DNA of 63,919 nucleotides, counting the filler, from Octopus bimaculoides (lineage: Eukaryota): NCBI RefSeq assembly GCF_001194135.2. It is 8 parts of 8 records of this genome, joined end to end, with 100 filler letters (N's around TTAATTAATTAA, not from the genome) between each part and the next. Parts side by side here need not be neighbours in the genome. Positions count along the whole stretch, not along the records: positions 25,532 to 29,300 come from NC_068984.1; positions 29,401 to 35,517 come from NW_026303121.1; positions 35,618 to 40,892 come from NC_069000.1; 5 more parts are not named here. One strand, written 5' to 3'. This document shows, one piece after another, positions 27,998-40,992 of the stretch (position 1 is its first letter; every line of letters begins with the position of its first letter). The position numbers and the translations under genes are program-made. The notes below the pieces were generated by a model that saw nothing but the letters and a program-made list of their open reading frames with translations, was not told where the DNA came from and did no database searches.

Positions 27998-28100
27998 TCA
28001 TTATTCAGTTTATTTCACGATTTCTTGCCAATAGAGAAAGAACCGGTTTCTAACCTAGATCCAAGGCTTCTTCATTGGAATTTCACCATCAACAACAGTG
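27998..28100 (-). mobile_element. 3' end of a retroposed repeat (SINE/LINE tail)
   Basis: Minus strand ends ...GAAATAAACTGAATAATGA followed by a (CATA)n tail; family assignment from recall only. Confidence 0.35.
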
Positions 28101-28289
28101 TGTGTGTGTGTGTGTGTGGGGGAATGTGCCTGTATTATCAGTATCCCCTGTTTATTCCCCTCCCACACTTACTAAACTTAGACACACAAGAAATATACGC
28201 ATGCGCAAATAGAAACACATACAATAGCAATACAAAATGGCTGATCATCAATGAGGAAAGATAAAAAAAAAAGAAAGAAGAAAGCAAAG

Positions 28290-28333
28290 GGCCACTGATG
28301 AGGTCACAGAAGTGTGACGAAAGAACTCTGGCC
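28290..28333 (+). ncRNA. Minimal type I hammerhead ribozyme (extra G after A9)
   Basis: GGCCA-CTGATGA-G-GTCACA[GAAG]TGTGAC-GAAA-G[AA]C-TC-TGGCC: 5-bp stem I, 6-bp stem II, very short stem III, CTC triplet. Confidence 0.7.
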
Positions 28334-28836
28334 GAAATATGATTAATATAAAATAAAGCTGAAGCAAGTGAACACCAAATATATAGTGCGTGTGTTTTTA
28401 TTGGCTAAACTGGCAACATGACCATCCCCAAATACAACAATATCTGTTTCAACACACGAATTAACATCAAGAATCTTGCAAAACGAATAGATAAGNNNNN
28501 NNNNNNNNNNNNNNNNNNNNNNNNNNNNNNNNNNNNNNNNNNNNNNNNNNNNNNNNNNNNNNNNNNNNNNNNNNNNNNNNNNNNNNNNNNNNNNNNNNNN
28601 NNNNNNNNNNNNNNNNNNNNNNNNNNNNNNNNNNNNNNNNNNNNNNNNNNNNNNNNNNNNNNNNNNNNNNNNNNNNNNNNNNNNNNNNNNNNNNNNNNNN
28701 NNNNNNNNNNNNNNNNNNNNNNNNNNNNNNNNNNNNNNNNNNNNNNNNNNNNNNNNNNNNNNNNNNNNNNNNNNNNNNNNNNNNNNNNNNNNNNNNNNNN
28801 NNNNNNNNNNNNNNNNNNNNNNNNNNNNNNNNNNNN

Positions 28837-28990
28837 AATTCCGCCGAGGTTGACTTTGCTTTTCATCCTTTCGGGGTGGATAAATTAAGTACCAGTTATG
28901 CACAGGTGTCGATGTAATCGACTTAATCTCTTTGTCTGTCCTTGTTTGTCTCCTCTATGTTTATCCCCTTGTGGGCAATAAAGAAATTAG
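28837..28990 (+). mobile_element. SINE 3' two-thirds (head lost in gap)
   Basis: GAGGTTGACTTTGCTTTTCATCCTTTCGGGGTGGATAAATTAAGTACCAG central domain (resembles Meta-type SINE domain, from recall) and an A-rich end. Confidence 0.7.
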
Positions 28991-29199
28991 ATAGACAGTA
29001 TATGTGTGTGTATGTGTATGTATGTACGTATGAATGTGTGTGTTGGTGTTTTTTTTCTACAAAAACGTTGTTAACACGTGTACACGGTAGTGAGCTAAAT
29101 GTATATACATTGCATAAACATGTATGTAAAATATGTGTAGAAGTGTATATGCACAAAACTCACAAGCACACAGACGCACATATACATATATACGACCAG

Positions 29200-29235
<36 letters not shown>

Positions 29236-29536
29236 TTATACGCGAAATTAATATAAGCTTTCTTGGCACCTGGAATAATTTCAAAAACTCCACAGTAAAC
29301 NNNNNNNNNNNNNNNNNNNNNNNNNNNNNNNNNNNNNNNNNNNNTTAATTAATTAANNNNNNNNNNNNNNNNNNNNNNNNNNNNNNNNNNNNNNNNNNNN
29401 AATTGAATAGAATGATAGACAAGGCGTTTAAAACACAGTATACAAAATGATGTAACATCCTCTGGAAGCCATGATTTAAATATTTAATATACCTAAATAT
29501 ATATGTATGCATTTATACATATATAAGCGCGTGCAA

Positions 29537-29593
<57 letters not shown>

Positions 29594-30135
29594 TGCGTGT
29601 GTGGACCACCGCACCACGTTATATCAAATATATTTTTCGTGATATAAACAGCCCTAAAGAGAGCATATGTGTCTGACAAATGCAATTATTACGAAATCTA
29701 GAAAGTATGATTTATAGGGCATACATACTGCGCTATATACATACTGCGCTATATACATGCTGCGTTATATACGTGCATAGATATGTAAGTTTGTATATAT
29801 GTACATATGTATGCATGTATATGCATACATATATATATTTATATAAAGGGCATTATTCGTTTATATTCTTGGGAATAGAAATTTCCCTTACGAATTTTTT
29901 TACACACTGGCTTCTTGATAAAATTCCTGTAAAAGAGTTTTATCCCTTTTTGAATTTATTTATCATATATATATATATGTATATAAATATATATGCCTGT
30001 GTATATATCTATGTATAGATATGTATATATATATATATATGTATATATATATGTATGCGTGTGTATATATAGACATACATATTTATATATATGCATATGT
30101 GTATGTGTATGTATGCACACATATATATATGAAGG

Positions 30136-30173
<38 letters not shown>

Positions 30174-30183
30174 NNNNNNNNNN

Positions 30184-30223
<40 letters not shown>

Positions 30224-30879
30224 CATATGCATACACACATATATACATAGATACAGACACACACATATATACACACATGCATACATACATACACACACGT
30301 AAATACATACATACGTACACCCGCGCGCGCGCACGCATACATTACATACACAGATATTGCTGTGCTGCGCATCAACTAATAAATCTTATTTGATAAACCA
30401 TCGAGTCACCTGTTTCTTTTCTTTTTTTTTTTTATCCAAGCTGTGTTGATGCAGGAGACTATCCAACTGCGTTTTACCCCGATCACTCGGCTACTAATCC
30501 TACACCATTATACATACATTTATACATATGAAGGTATATATNNNNNNNNNNNNNNNNNNNNNNNNNNNNNNNNNNNNNNNNNNNNNNNNNNNNNNNNNNN
30601 NNNNNNNNNNNNNNNNNNNNNNNNNNNNNNNNNNNNNNNNNNNNNNNNNNNNNNNNNNNNNNNNNNNNNNNNNNNNNNNNNNNNNNNNNNNNNNNNNNNN
30701 NNNNNNNNNNNNNNNNNNNNNNNNNNNNNNNNNNNNNNNNNNNNNNNNNNNNNNNNNNNNNNNNNTATATATATATATATAAAGTGTCTGAAGGCTGAGA
30801 ATTGGTTGAGACCTCATGAGGTGTAAATCTATAACGTTCATTTGTCAAAGCCATATGTCCCAACATTCTCCGTCTGTCT

Positions 30880-30900
30880 GTGTGTCTGTGTGTCCCCACA

Positions 30901-30931
<31 letters not shown>

Positions 30932-31200
30932 TATTGTCACACTCACTCTTAATCCCTTACTCTCTCCCACTTAAGCTTTCTATTACATTTTCTGTCTTTG
31001 TGTGTCTGTCTGTTTGTCTCTGTTTCTCTTTCTGTGTCTCTATGTCTCTCGCTCTCTCTTTGTCTTTGTCTCTCTCTCTCTCTCTCTCTCTGCCTGTCTC
31101 TTTATCTGTCTCCCGGTCTTTTTCTTTCTGCCTCTCTGTCTCTCAGTCTCTCTCTCTCTTTCTCTGTCTCTCTCTTTCTATGTCTGTCTCTCTGCCTCTA

Positions 31201-31249
<49 letters not shown>

Positions 31250-31594
31250 GTCTTTCTGCCTCTATCTGTCTCTCTCTCTCTGCCTCTCTACCTCTGTCTG
31301 TCTGTCTCTCTCTTTCTCTGTCTGTCTCTCTGCCTGTTTCTATCAGTCTCTCTCTCTCTGCTTCTATCTGTCTCTCTCTGCCTGTTTCTATCAGTCTCTC
31401 TCTCTCTCTGTCTCTTTCTCTCTCTGTCTCTTTCTCTCGGCCTCTCTCTCTGTCTCTCTGCATCTCTCTCTCTATCTCTGTCTCTATCTCTCTCTCTCTC
31501 TCTCTTGTTCTCCCGCTCATTCCCAATCTCTTACTCTCTCCTACTTAATACTCCCTCACATTTTCTGTCTCTGTCTCTCTGCCTGACTGTCAGC

Positions 31595-31627
<33 letters not shown>

Positions 31628-31650
31628 ACTCACTCCTTCCCTCTCCCTCT
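30880..31650. repeat. Long compound (CT)n/(CTGT)n polypyrimidine tract
   Basis: Direct reading; source of spurious SL/RE-rich ORFs. Confidence 0.95.
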
Positions 31651-31985
31651 CTCTCTCCTTTTCTCTACACACACGCTGTGGGGCGGGTTTCTAAACACGC
31701 CCTCTCCATCGATCATCCCATTACGCCAAAATAGATACGTTGTCGTATAGATATCGAGGAAAATTTGGTAACATTTTTCAATTTATGAAGGAAAATAAAA
31801 AGATGGACAAAAATGGGGAAAAATTTCGGCCAACACATTCCCACAGATACACACGCATATACATACATATATACATACATATATACATACATGCATTTAC
31901 ACACACACATATCTACACAAGCATACGTAAGTTATACACACACGAATATCCACGCAAATGTTCCGAGATATACACCTATGTACAT

Positions 31986-31994
31986 GTAGGAATC

Positions 31995-32026
<32 letters not shown>

Positions 32027-32184
32027 TGTATGTATGTATGTATGTATGTATGTATGTATGTAGGAATCTATGTATGTATGTATGTATTTATGTATGTATG
32101 TATGTAGGAATTTATATGTATGTATGTATGTATGTATGTAGGAATCTATATGTATGTATATATGTATGTATGTATGTAGGAATC

Positions 32185-32216
<32 letters not shown>

Positions 32217-32227
32217 TGTATGTAGGA

Positions 32228-32258
<31 letters not shown>

Positions 32259-33300
32259 GGAATCTATATGTATGTATGTTTGTATGTATGTATGTGTGTG
32301 AATGTATGTGTGTGCATGTATGTATATANNNNNNNNNNNNNNNNNNNNNNNNNNNNNNNNNNNNNNNNNNNNNNNNNNNNNNNNNNNNNNNNNNNNNNNN
32401 NNNNNNNNNNNNNNNNNNNNNNNNNNNNNNNNNNNNNNNNNNNNNNNNNNNNNNNNNNNNNNNNNNNNNNNNNNNNNNNNNNNNNNNNNNNNNNNNNNNN
32501 NNNNNNNNNNNNNNNNNNNNNNNNNNNNNNNNNNNNNNNNNNNNNNNNNNNNNNNNNNNNNNNNNNNNNNNNNNNNNNNNNNNNNNNNNNNNNNNNNNNN
32601 NNNNNNNNNNNNNNNNNNNNNNNNNNNNNNNNNNNNNNNNNNNNNNNNNNNNNNNNNNNNNNNNNNNNNNNNNNNNNNNNNNNNNNNNNNNNNNNNNNNN
32701 NNNNNNNNNNNNNNNNNNNNNNNNNNNNNNNNNNNNNNNNNNNNNNNNNNNNNNNNNNNNNNNNNNNNNNNNNNNNNNNNNNNNNNNNNNNNNNNNNNNN
32801 NNNNNNNNNNNNNNNNNNNNNNNNNNNNNNNNNNNNNNNNNNNNNNNNNNNNNNNNNNNNNNNNNNNNNNNNNNNNNNNNNNNNNNNNNNNNNNNNNNNN
32901 NNNNNNNNNNNNNNNNNNNNNNNNNNNNNNNNNNNNNNNNNNNNNNNNNNNNNNNNNNNNNNNNNNNNNNNNNNNNNNNNNNNNNNNNNNNNNNNNNNNN
33001 NNNNNNNNNNNNNNNNNNNNNNNNNNNNNNNNNNNNNNNNNNNNNNNNNNNNNNNNNNNNNNNNNNNNNNNNNTATATACAAATAAACATGCATTGAAAT
33101 ACATACAAATACATGTACATATATACAAATACATACATACGTACGTACGTACGTACATACATACATCATACATACATACACACACATACATATGTATATA
33201 CATACATACGTACGTACGTACGTACATACGTACATACATACGCATGTACATACATACATACATACATACATACATACATACCTATGTACATACATACATA
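31986..33300. repeat. (TATG)n array with GGAATC interruptions, gap, then (TACA)n
   Basis: Recurring TAGGAATCTATATG unit about every 26-60 bp in 31986-32270. Confidence 0.9.
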
Positions 33301-33308
33301 CATAAATA

Positions 33309-33549
33309 CATTGTCATTGATTTTAAGGAAGTCTGAAGGATGTCTCTCTGGTTCCCAAGGAAACAGAAATACGAAAATTACACACTGTTTCTTTGTGGAT
33401 GACTTAAAAATATATTTGAAGAATATGCGTGAGATGAAAAAGAGCCTTGACCTGGTTCTAGCATTCCGAAAAGACAGAGGGTTGGAATTTGGTCAGGATA
33501 AATGTTGTTATAAGGTAATGAAAAGAGGGGAAAACTGTAAAACAGATTA
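33309..33549 (+). mobile_element. R4/Dong-like RT fragment
   Basis: ITHCFFVDDLKIYLKNMREMKKSLDLVLAFRKDRGLEFGQDKC: RT catalytic FVDD motif with the G-x-x-F-G-x-x-K-C signature. Confidence 0.75.
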
Positions 33550-33768
33550 GGGTAGAGGTTGTCTCTCCATTGCAAACTGAGGCTCAGACGTTCGTGAATG
33601 GCGCACCTCAAAACTGAAGAGTATCAACGAATTTAAATCAAACTGTTTTGATTCACACATGTAACTCCCAATAAATTGGTTGGTTATCCTTCTTTCATTT
33701 GTCCACTCGTTCGTAATCGCTAGCCACTACACATTCTTTATTTTCTCTCCTTGTTTCTTTCCGTGTTC

Positions 33769-33804
33769 CTTTCTGTGGAAGAGCGTAGACTCGAAACGTT
33801 TAAG
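33769..33804 (+). ncRNA. Hammerhead-like motif, variant core CTGTGGA (copy 2)
   Basis: CTTT-CTGTGGA-A-GAG[CGTAGA]CTC-GAAA-CG-TT-TAAG; one stem I mismatch. Confidence 0.42.
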
Positions 33805-35366
33805 ACTTTTTCAATTCCCGAGTGTTAAACTAATACATCTGTTTGTTGTCTGTTACCACCTGTCTTCATCTTTTGTCTTTTTGTGAATTCTCCACCTATA
33901 TATATATATATATATATATTGACATTATTTCATGATTTTTGTGAAAGATAACTACATCTCATTTTATTTTATTAACATACCTCTTATTGTGTAAACATTA
34001 GTTAGAATTCTGTTGTTGTCTGTACCACTATACTGTTACTCTATTCAGACTAAAAGTAAAAAACCTATTTGACCCATATACCTAGGGCTATAATTCCTCA
34101 ACATTTTGATAGTAATAAAATGACCTGATACTACTATGACCAGTGAAACCTCTAGATTCTAATACTTTTATAGCCTTGCCCATGCATACTGCTTACACCT
34201 TCCCTCTCTTTAGAAGTAATTGTCCCTTTGCTATCACCACTAGATAAGAAACAATAGAATTCTGAGACAGTTAAAACTTTTGTCTAGAATCAATTACTNN
34301 NNNNNNNNNNNNNNNNNNNNNNNNNNNNNNNNNNNNNNNNNNNNNNNNNNNNNNNNNNNNNNNNNNNNNNNNNNNNNNNNNNNNNNNNNNNNNNNNNNNN
34401 NNNNNNNNNNNNNNNNNNNNNNNNNNNNNNNNNNNNNNNNNNNNNNNNNNNNNNNNNNNNNNNNNNNNNNNNNNNNNNNNNNNNNNNNNNNNNNNNNNNN
34501 NNNNNNNNNNNNNNNNNNNNNNNNNNNNNNNNNNNNNNNNNNNNNNNNNNNNNNNNNNNNNNNNNNNNNNNNNNNNNNNNNNNNNNNNNNNNNNNNNNNN
34601 NNNNNNNNNNNNNNNNNNNNNNNNNNNNNNNNNNNNNNNNNNNNNNNNNNNGGGAGAGAGACGTAAATGTGTATGTATATGGCTGAAGCTGATGGGTGGG
34701 CGTTTGGCCAATCACATATGCAAGGAGCCATGTTAGCGTTGATTTGTGGGTTCGATTCTGGCTCGGGTAAGCTAACCATTTTTCAGTCATTTGTTTGTAT
34801 TCATAAATTGTCGCCTCAAATCGCAGAATAAAATATTATCATGATATTATACAGTTTTATATATATATATATATATTCACACACGCCTACAGAGCTCTGC
34901 ACGAATTTAGAAATTTCATGTTACAAGATTAGAAACATTTAATTCATCATGATAATACTTATATACGGCTGATACATATACATGTGGCTGTATGTGTGAC
35001 GTGGCCTTGTAAGCATGTGTGTGTGTTCGTGAATGTGTATATGTGTGTATAATTTACAAACACGGAAACGCATAAGCACAAGAGGTACACCCACAAAAGT
35101 TAAGTCAAATACTCGAAAGCCAAAAACCAGAAATAAAAATAATAAGTAAAAATAAAACGAACAAAGATCCACAGATTGCTTAAATGCTATCCTCTATTTC
35201 CCAGACTGCTGTCCATTTTCAGAAACATATTTCGTGCCCTGTATGGGGAAAAACAAGTATATTTTATTTTCCAATAAATACATGGAAGTTGTTCGTTATT
35301 TAGTTAAGTCAACGTTAAATTAAGTTATATTGCCCCGAATCATATTTATTGTTGTTCGTTCTGCAG

Positions 35367-35405
35367 GAAAATTTTGCTGTAAGATGTTTTCCTGAAGATA
35401 TAGAG
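35367..35405 (+). CDS. Candidate 39-nt exon (ENFAVRCFPEDIE)
   Basis: Acceptor TTTATTGTTGTTCGTTCTGCAG, donor GAG|GTAATT, phase-0 open frame. Confidence 0.18.
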
Positions 35406-35479
35406 GTAATTATTACTTGCCTATATATAAATATAGGCAAGTATGTATATATATATGTGTGTGTGTGTGTATATATGTC

Positions 35480-35517
<38 letters not shown>

Positions 35518-36894
35518 NNNNNNNNNNNNNNNNNNNNNNNNNNNNNNNNNNNNNNNNNNNNTTAATTAATTAANNNNNNNNNNNNNNNNNNNNNNNNNNN
35601 NNNNNNNNNNNNNNNNNATATATATTGCTGGATGCCAGGAAAGGGATATGAAAAGTTCGTTATACTTCGTATATAGATGTGTTCACATTAGGACAATTGA
35701 AACTCCGTCGGTTGCGACGATGAGTGTTCCAGTTGAGCACATCAACGGAGCAACCTGTTCGTGAAATTAATGTGTAAGTGGCTGAGCGCTCCGCAGACAT
35801 TGGTCCTCTTAACGTACCAACAACAGTATTAACAATAGCAACTACAAAACACATATACATATTTAGTTTTGTCATGGAACCAAGTGAAGGCATGTTTCCT
35901 GATCGTAGTTTCAATTCTTGCACTGTGCGGTGCATTATGTTCTTGAGCGAAATACTTTGTTTCACGCTACACCAGGTCACTCAGCTGATAATAATAAACC
36001 CTGAGACAGAATGACATTCTGTTCAAGTGGACTGTTCTGATGTCGGCCGTTTATGCGCCATGGAAACTACGTATCCTGTCCCAGGAGGCCCAGCACTCGA
36101 GAGACAGTTCTTACATAGTACAAAACATTGTGCTCCAGTGACCGAATCGAACTCTTAACCTATCGATCTAGACACCGACCACCAACAGCGTATCTGCTGT
36201 TTCAGTGGCGCCGCCGTCACTCCTTTAATAGTGACCTCTTTAGACTTCATTATAACACTATATAACATAATAATTGGTGCATATATCAACCTTTCTACAA
36301 TACCGACATAAAATCCACGCCAGCGCAATTAACATTGTCATAATACGACTTTATCCAACCTGATTGCCCACCAGCCCAACCCTGCCACCTCTTCGTTTCC
36401 CGGGACGTACTCATCGATTTTATATATCTTTATCACATGATATTTACAAACAGAAAATGATATTGTCCCTCCGCCCGCAGCATATCTCTATAAATCAATC
36501 GCCATGTATGCAACCACACCGTAAATAATTGCCATCTTTATCTATAAACTTAACGCTAACGATCACAAATCGATATTCACTTTCATTATACTCTCACGTA
36601 GATGATATAAATAAACTGTAGTGAACGACCCAACCCATGCTCTCTCTGCCTCTCTCTCTCTCATTTCTTCACTTTTTGTCTTTCTTTCTGTCTGTATACA
36701 TGTCTATATCCTTCTCTCTTTCTCTCACTCTCTCTCCTTCACTCTTTCTCTTACTTCCCCCGTCTTACCTAGCAACCAGCCGTTTGCACTTTGATTCCAT
36801 CTTCTCACTCATAGGCACACAGGAACTGGCTTTGTTCAGTTATTACTTCCCCTTGATTTAATTTCAAAACTACCACCGCCGCCACCACGACCAC

Positions 36895-37130
36895 GACCAC
36901 ACCCTGATGATGAGGATGATGGTGATGATCATTGTCATCGCCATCGTTGTCATCATGACGATCTTCATCATCAGCGTCGTTGACGTTCTTGTCGTTATCA
37001 TCATCATCGTCGTCGTCTCGTCGTCGTCGTCTCGTCGTCGTCGTCTCGTCGTCGTCGTCTCGTCGTCGTCGTCTCGTCGTCGTCGTCTCGTCGTCGTCGT
37101 CTCGTCGTCGTCGTCTCGTCGTCGTCGTCC
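36895..37130. repeat. (CAT/CGT)n array with a 14-bp CpG-rich minisatellite
   Basis: (CTCGTCGTCGTCGT) x8 from about 37017 to 37128. Confidence 0.92.
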
Positions 37131-37534
37131 CATACTTTGTGCAGGTACACTGCATCAAAACATTTGTCAAGGAATTAATAAAGGGAGGTAAGCAGAATTC
37201 ATTCAGGTATACAGTCCGGATATTTAAGAGTTTGAAATGAAATTTCAGTCAGTCTAAATAAGGAAATATAAAAGGAGGTAAACAGGAGGCGTAGGGACCG
37301 TTGAAGTTAATAGTCCGGATATTGAAGAGTCTAAAATTATATTCCAGACAACTCAGATATAAAGGGGAGATAAGTGGGAAGCGTTGGTTAGTCCGAGTAT
37401 TCAACAATCTGATATAGAATTTTGAACTTCATCATATATTTGTCGAGGAAGTAATCCGGATTTCCGGATATTGGAGTGTTTGAAATTGCGTTTTTGAGCA
37501 TAAAATTTTCAACCATATATGTAAATATACATAC

Positions 37535-37579
<45 letters not shown>

Positions 37580-38504
37580 NNNNNNNNNNNNNNNNNNNNN
37601 NNNNNNNNNNNNNNNNNNNNNNNNNNNNNNNNNNNNNNNNNNNNNNNNNNNNNNNNNNNNNNNNNNNNNNNNNNNNNNNNNNNNNNNNNNNNNNNNNNNN
37701 NNNNNNNNNNNNNNNNNNNNNNNNNNNNNNNNNNNNNNNNNNNNNNNNNNNNNNNNNNNNNNNNNNNNNNNNNNNNNNNNNNNNNNNNNNNNNNNNNNNN
37801 NNNNNNNNNNNNNNNNNNNNNNNNNNNNNNNNNNNNNNNNNNNNNNNNNNNNNNNNNNNNNNNNNNNNNNNNNNNNNNNNNNNNNNNNNNNNNNNNNNNN
37901 NNNNNNNNNNNNNNNNNNNNNNNNNNNNNNNNNNNNNNNNNNNNNNNNNNNNNNNNNNNNNNNNNNNNNNNNNNNNNNNNNNNNNNNNNNNNNNNNNNNN
38001 NNNNNNNNNNNNNNNNNNNNNNNNNNNNNNNNNNNNNNNNNNNNNNNNNNNNNNNNNNNNNNNNNNNNNNNNNTATATATAATATATATATTATATATGT
38101 ATATATATATATTTATTTTATATATACATATACATGCATATATTATATATACCAATCGTAGAATGACCTCTGCCTTTAGTGAAGTGCGGTATTATGTGAA
38201 CGAACTCGATGAATGACTGAAGAGCAAAGCAAATGAAAATCAAATGAAAATAAAAACAAAATAACTAAACTAAAAGCGAAAAACAAACAAACAATAGCCG
38301 GACCTCCTTCAGACTTTATCTCTCCTAAGATATTAAATAGAAAATTGAAATGTAAGGCGAGTTAGTGGACTTTTCAGCCATCATCTCTATAATTATATTA
38401 CGCTAATCAAACATAGAAAATCTTAAGATAAACTTCTTCTTTGATCGCTCAATTTGCATTCTTCTTGTTCAGCCCCTCTTTATACTTTCTTTCAAATGTC
38501 TATT

Positions 38505-38800
38505 TGCTGCTGCTGCTGCTGCTGCTGTTGTTGTTGTTGTTGTAATCGTCGTTGTTGTCATTGTTGTTGTTGTTGTTTTAATCGTCGTTGTCATTGCTTT
38601 GTTGTTGTTGTTGCTCTTCTGTTATTATTATTATCATCATCATCATTATTATTATTATTATTATTATTGCTGCCATCAGTATAATCTTATTTGATCATCA
38701 CCATCATCATCATCATCGTCATCATCATCAACGTCACCATCATCATCATCATCATTGTCATCATCATCACCGTCGTCATCGTCATCATCATTATCACAAT
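38505..38800. repeat. Compound trinucleotide array (TGC/TGT/TAT/CAT)
   Basis: Direct reading. Confidence 0.9.
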
Positions 38801-38858
38801 AACCATTTTCTTTTTCAATTGATCTAAAACTAAGTGTACACTGACGCACACACGTGCG

Positions 38859-38906
<48 letters not shown>

Positions 38907-39739
38907 TATTCATGTATGTCTTTATACACCCACACATATACAGTTATTTAAATACATTCTTGGTTATATATCAGTGATTGTATCGTCATTCTTTTTCTGT
39001 GTTGTTTTCATTGCGTATATACATATTTCTCTGTGTGTGTGTGTGTGTGTATGTGTGGGTGGGTGTTTGTGTGGGTGTATGCGTGTCCATGTATATATAT
39101 GAGTATATGTAACCATCAGCGTCTCATCACCGTATAATTATTATTTCAGGCTGTTATTATAAACGTTTTAAAATTTCGAACATGAAACATTTATGAGAGT
39201 AAAACATTAGAAATTGAATAATATAAAAATAAAAGTAAAACTAAAAATAAAAATAAAAATAAAAATGCTTTGCAAAGGAGCAAGAAAAACAAAGATAACA
39301 GCAAAAGCAACGAGAAACAGTTTCAGAATTGGTATTGAAGTTCTACTGTCTAGATAAGGATAAAAGAAGCGCCGATGAATTAAACAGGTCTTTTAAATAA
39401 GGACATTGCTCTACCAATACAAATAGATTTACAATTCCAAAATTTTGTATTGTCTTTGGCTTGGATTTTTTTTTTTTTTTTCATTATTCTTTGTATTAGG
39501 TTCTTGGTCATTTTTCTCTTTTCTGTTTAACGTATCTCATTAATGTGTTAATATGTTCTTGGTATTTTCTTTGTGGGTTCCTTCGTTATATNNNNNNNNN
39601 NNNNNNNNNNNNNNNNNNNNNNNNNNNNNNNNNNNNNNNNNNNNNNNNNNNNNNNNNNNNNNNNNNNNNNNNNNNNNNNAGGTGAGGGAACAAAGAACAA
39701 GAGGTGCATTAGTTTGACGCTCAGGGAAAATAGAAGAGT

Positions 39740-39775
39740 CTTTGACGTTTCGAGCCCATTCTCTTCTACAGAAAG
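39740..39775 (-). ncRNA. Hammerhead-like motif, variant core CTGTAGA (copy 3)
   Basis: Minus strand CTTT-CTGTAGA-A-GAG[AATGGG]CTC-GAAA-CG-TC-AAAG. Confidence 0.48.
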
Positions 39776-39890
39776 GAACGAGGGAAGAAAACAGACGGAG
39801 AAAAGAACAAAAACACATGAAAAAGCAAAAACAAAAACCCCAAAAATCGGAGAGCAAAAAACACGTCTCGATTAATGGCTACACATGTCG

Positions 39891-39921
<31 letters not shown>

Positions 39922-40854
39922 AGTTCAATTGGAGATTAAATAAGCCTCATTAAAGGATAATAATATCCAATGAATTTGCTGGTTTATTACCTACTATTTA
40001 TTTTGAATATTAATTTTTAATACTGAAAAGTAGGTAATTAAATAAACTGAGGTTCATATTTAAGAAAAATAAGAAAATAGAGATAAATCAATTACTAATT
40101 ATATTTATTAATTTGGAAAATAGGCAAAATCCCTGATAGCTGTTTCGATTCAGACTTTGAAGATCTGAATTAAAATACACCTGTACACATCGTCCCTGAT
40201 GTTTTCGGTTGTGATTAGGTGTTTCGAGTCTTTCAGCAAGACGCATGCTTATGCATTAGACGCACCCGGGGTTAATCAACCCTCGGCTTCTGCCCAGTTT
40301 GCTATGCCACACATACCAGTGCACTCAGCTGAGTACTTATGTACCGCCTTATACCTTCCTAGCAGCCTTTAAAACTGAACTGAATGTTTATTCTATAAGG
40401 CATTTGAAAACATACATATCTATCAATTAATGAATGACAAAAGTACAGGAGTTACGTTGTCACTTACATTAGCTTACAGTTGTTTCTGCTGTACTAACCA
40501 ATACACTGAAGGTTAAGTGTTGAGTAAAGGTTGTATATGTATATGATTCTCTGTTGGCGTTCATTGTTCTATAAGCTATACGATTGCTATATAGGGATTT
40601 TAAACTTCCTGTTTCGTGGAGGTAGAGTTTGTTTATAAAATTTATTCAAATTCAATTCTAGATATATGCTAAAGAATGGGGGTGTGGGCTGATAGAGAAG
40701 CATATATCCAGAACAGAATCTGAAGAAATTTTATAAACAAACACCAGACAAACTCTACCTAGATTAGATCTGTTGTGCATGCACGTACTATATGCAAGCA
40801 ATGAGACGCATACATGCATTCATTGATCAATACATACATACGTACATACGTACA

Positions 40855-40890
<36 letters not shown>

Positions 40891-40992
40891 TANNNNNNNN
40901 NNNNNNNNNNNNNNNNNNNNNNNNNNNNNNNNNNNNTTAATTAATTAANNNNNNNNNNNNNNNNNNNNNNNNNNNNNNNNNNNNNNNNNNNN

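Noticed and set aside
33608-33652. CTGAAGA with TCAAAA/TTTTGA flanks, a possible further hammerhead
   Set aside because: GAAA is absent (AAAA) and stems II and III do not form; at best a decayed relic.
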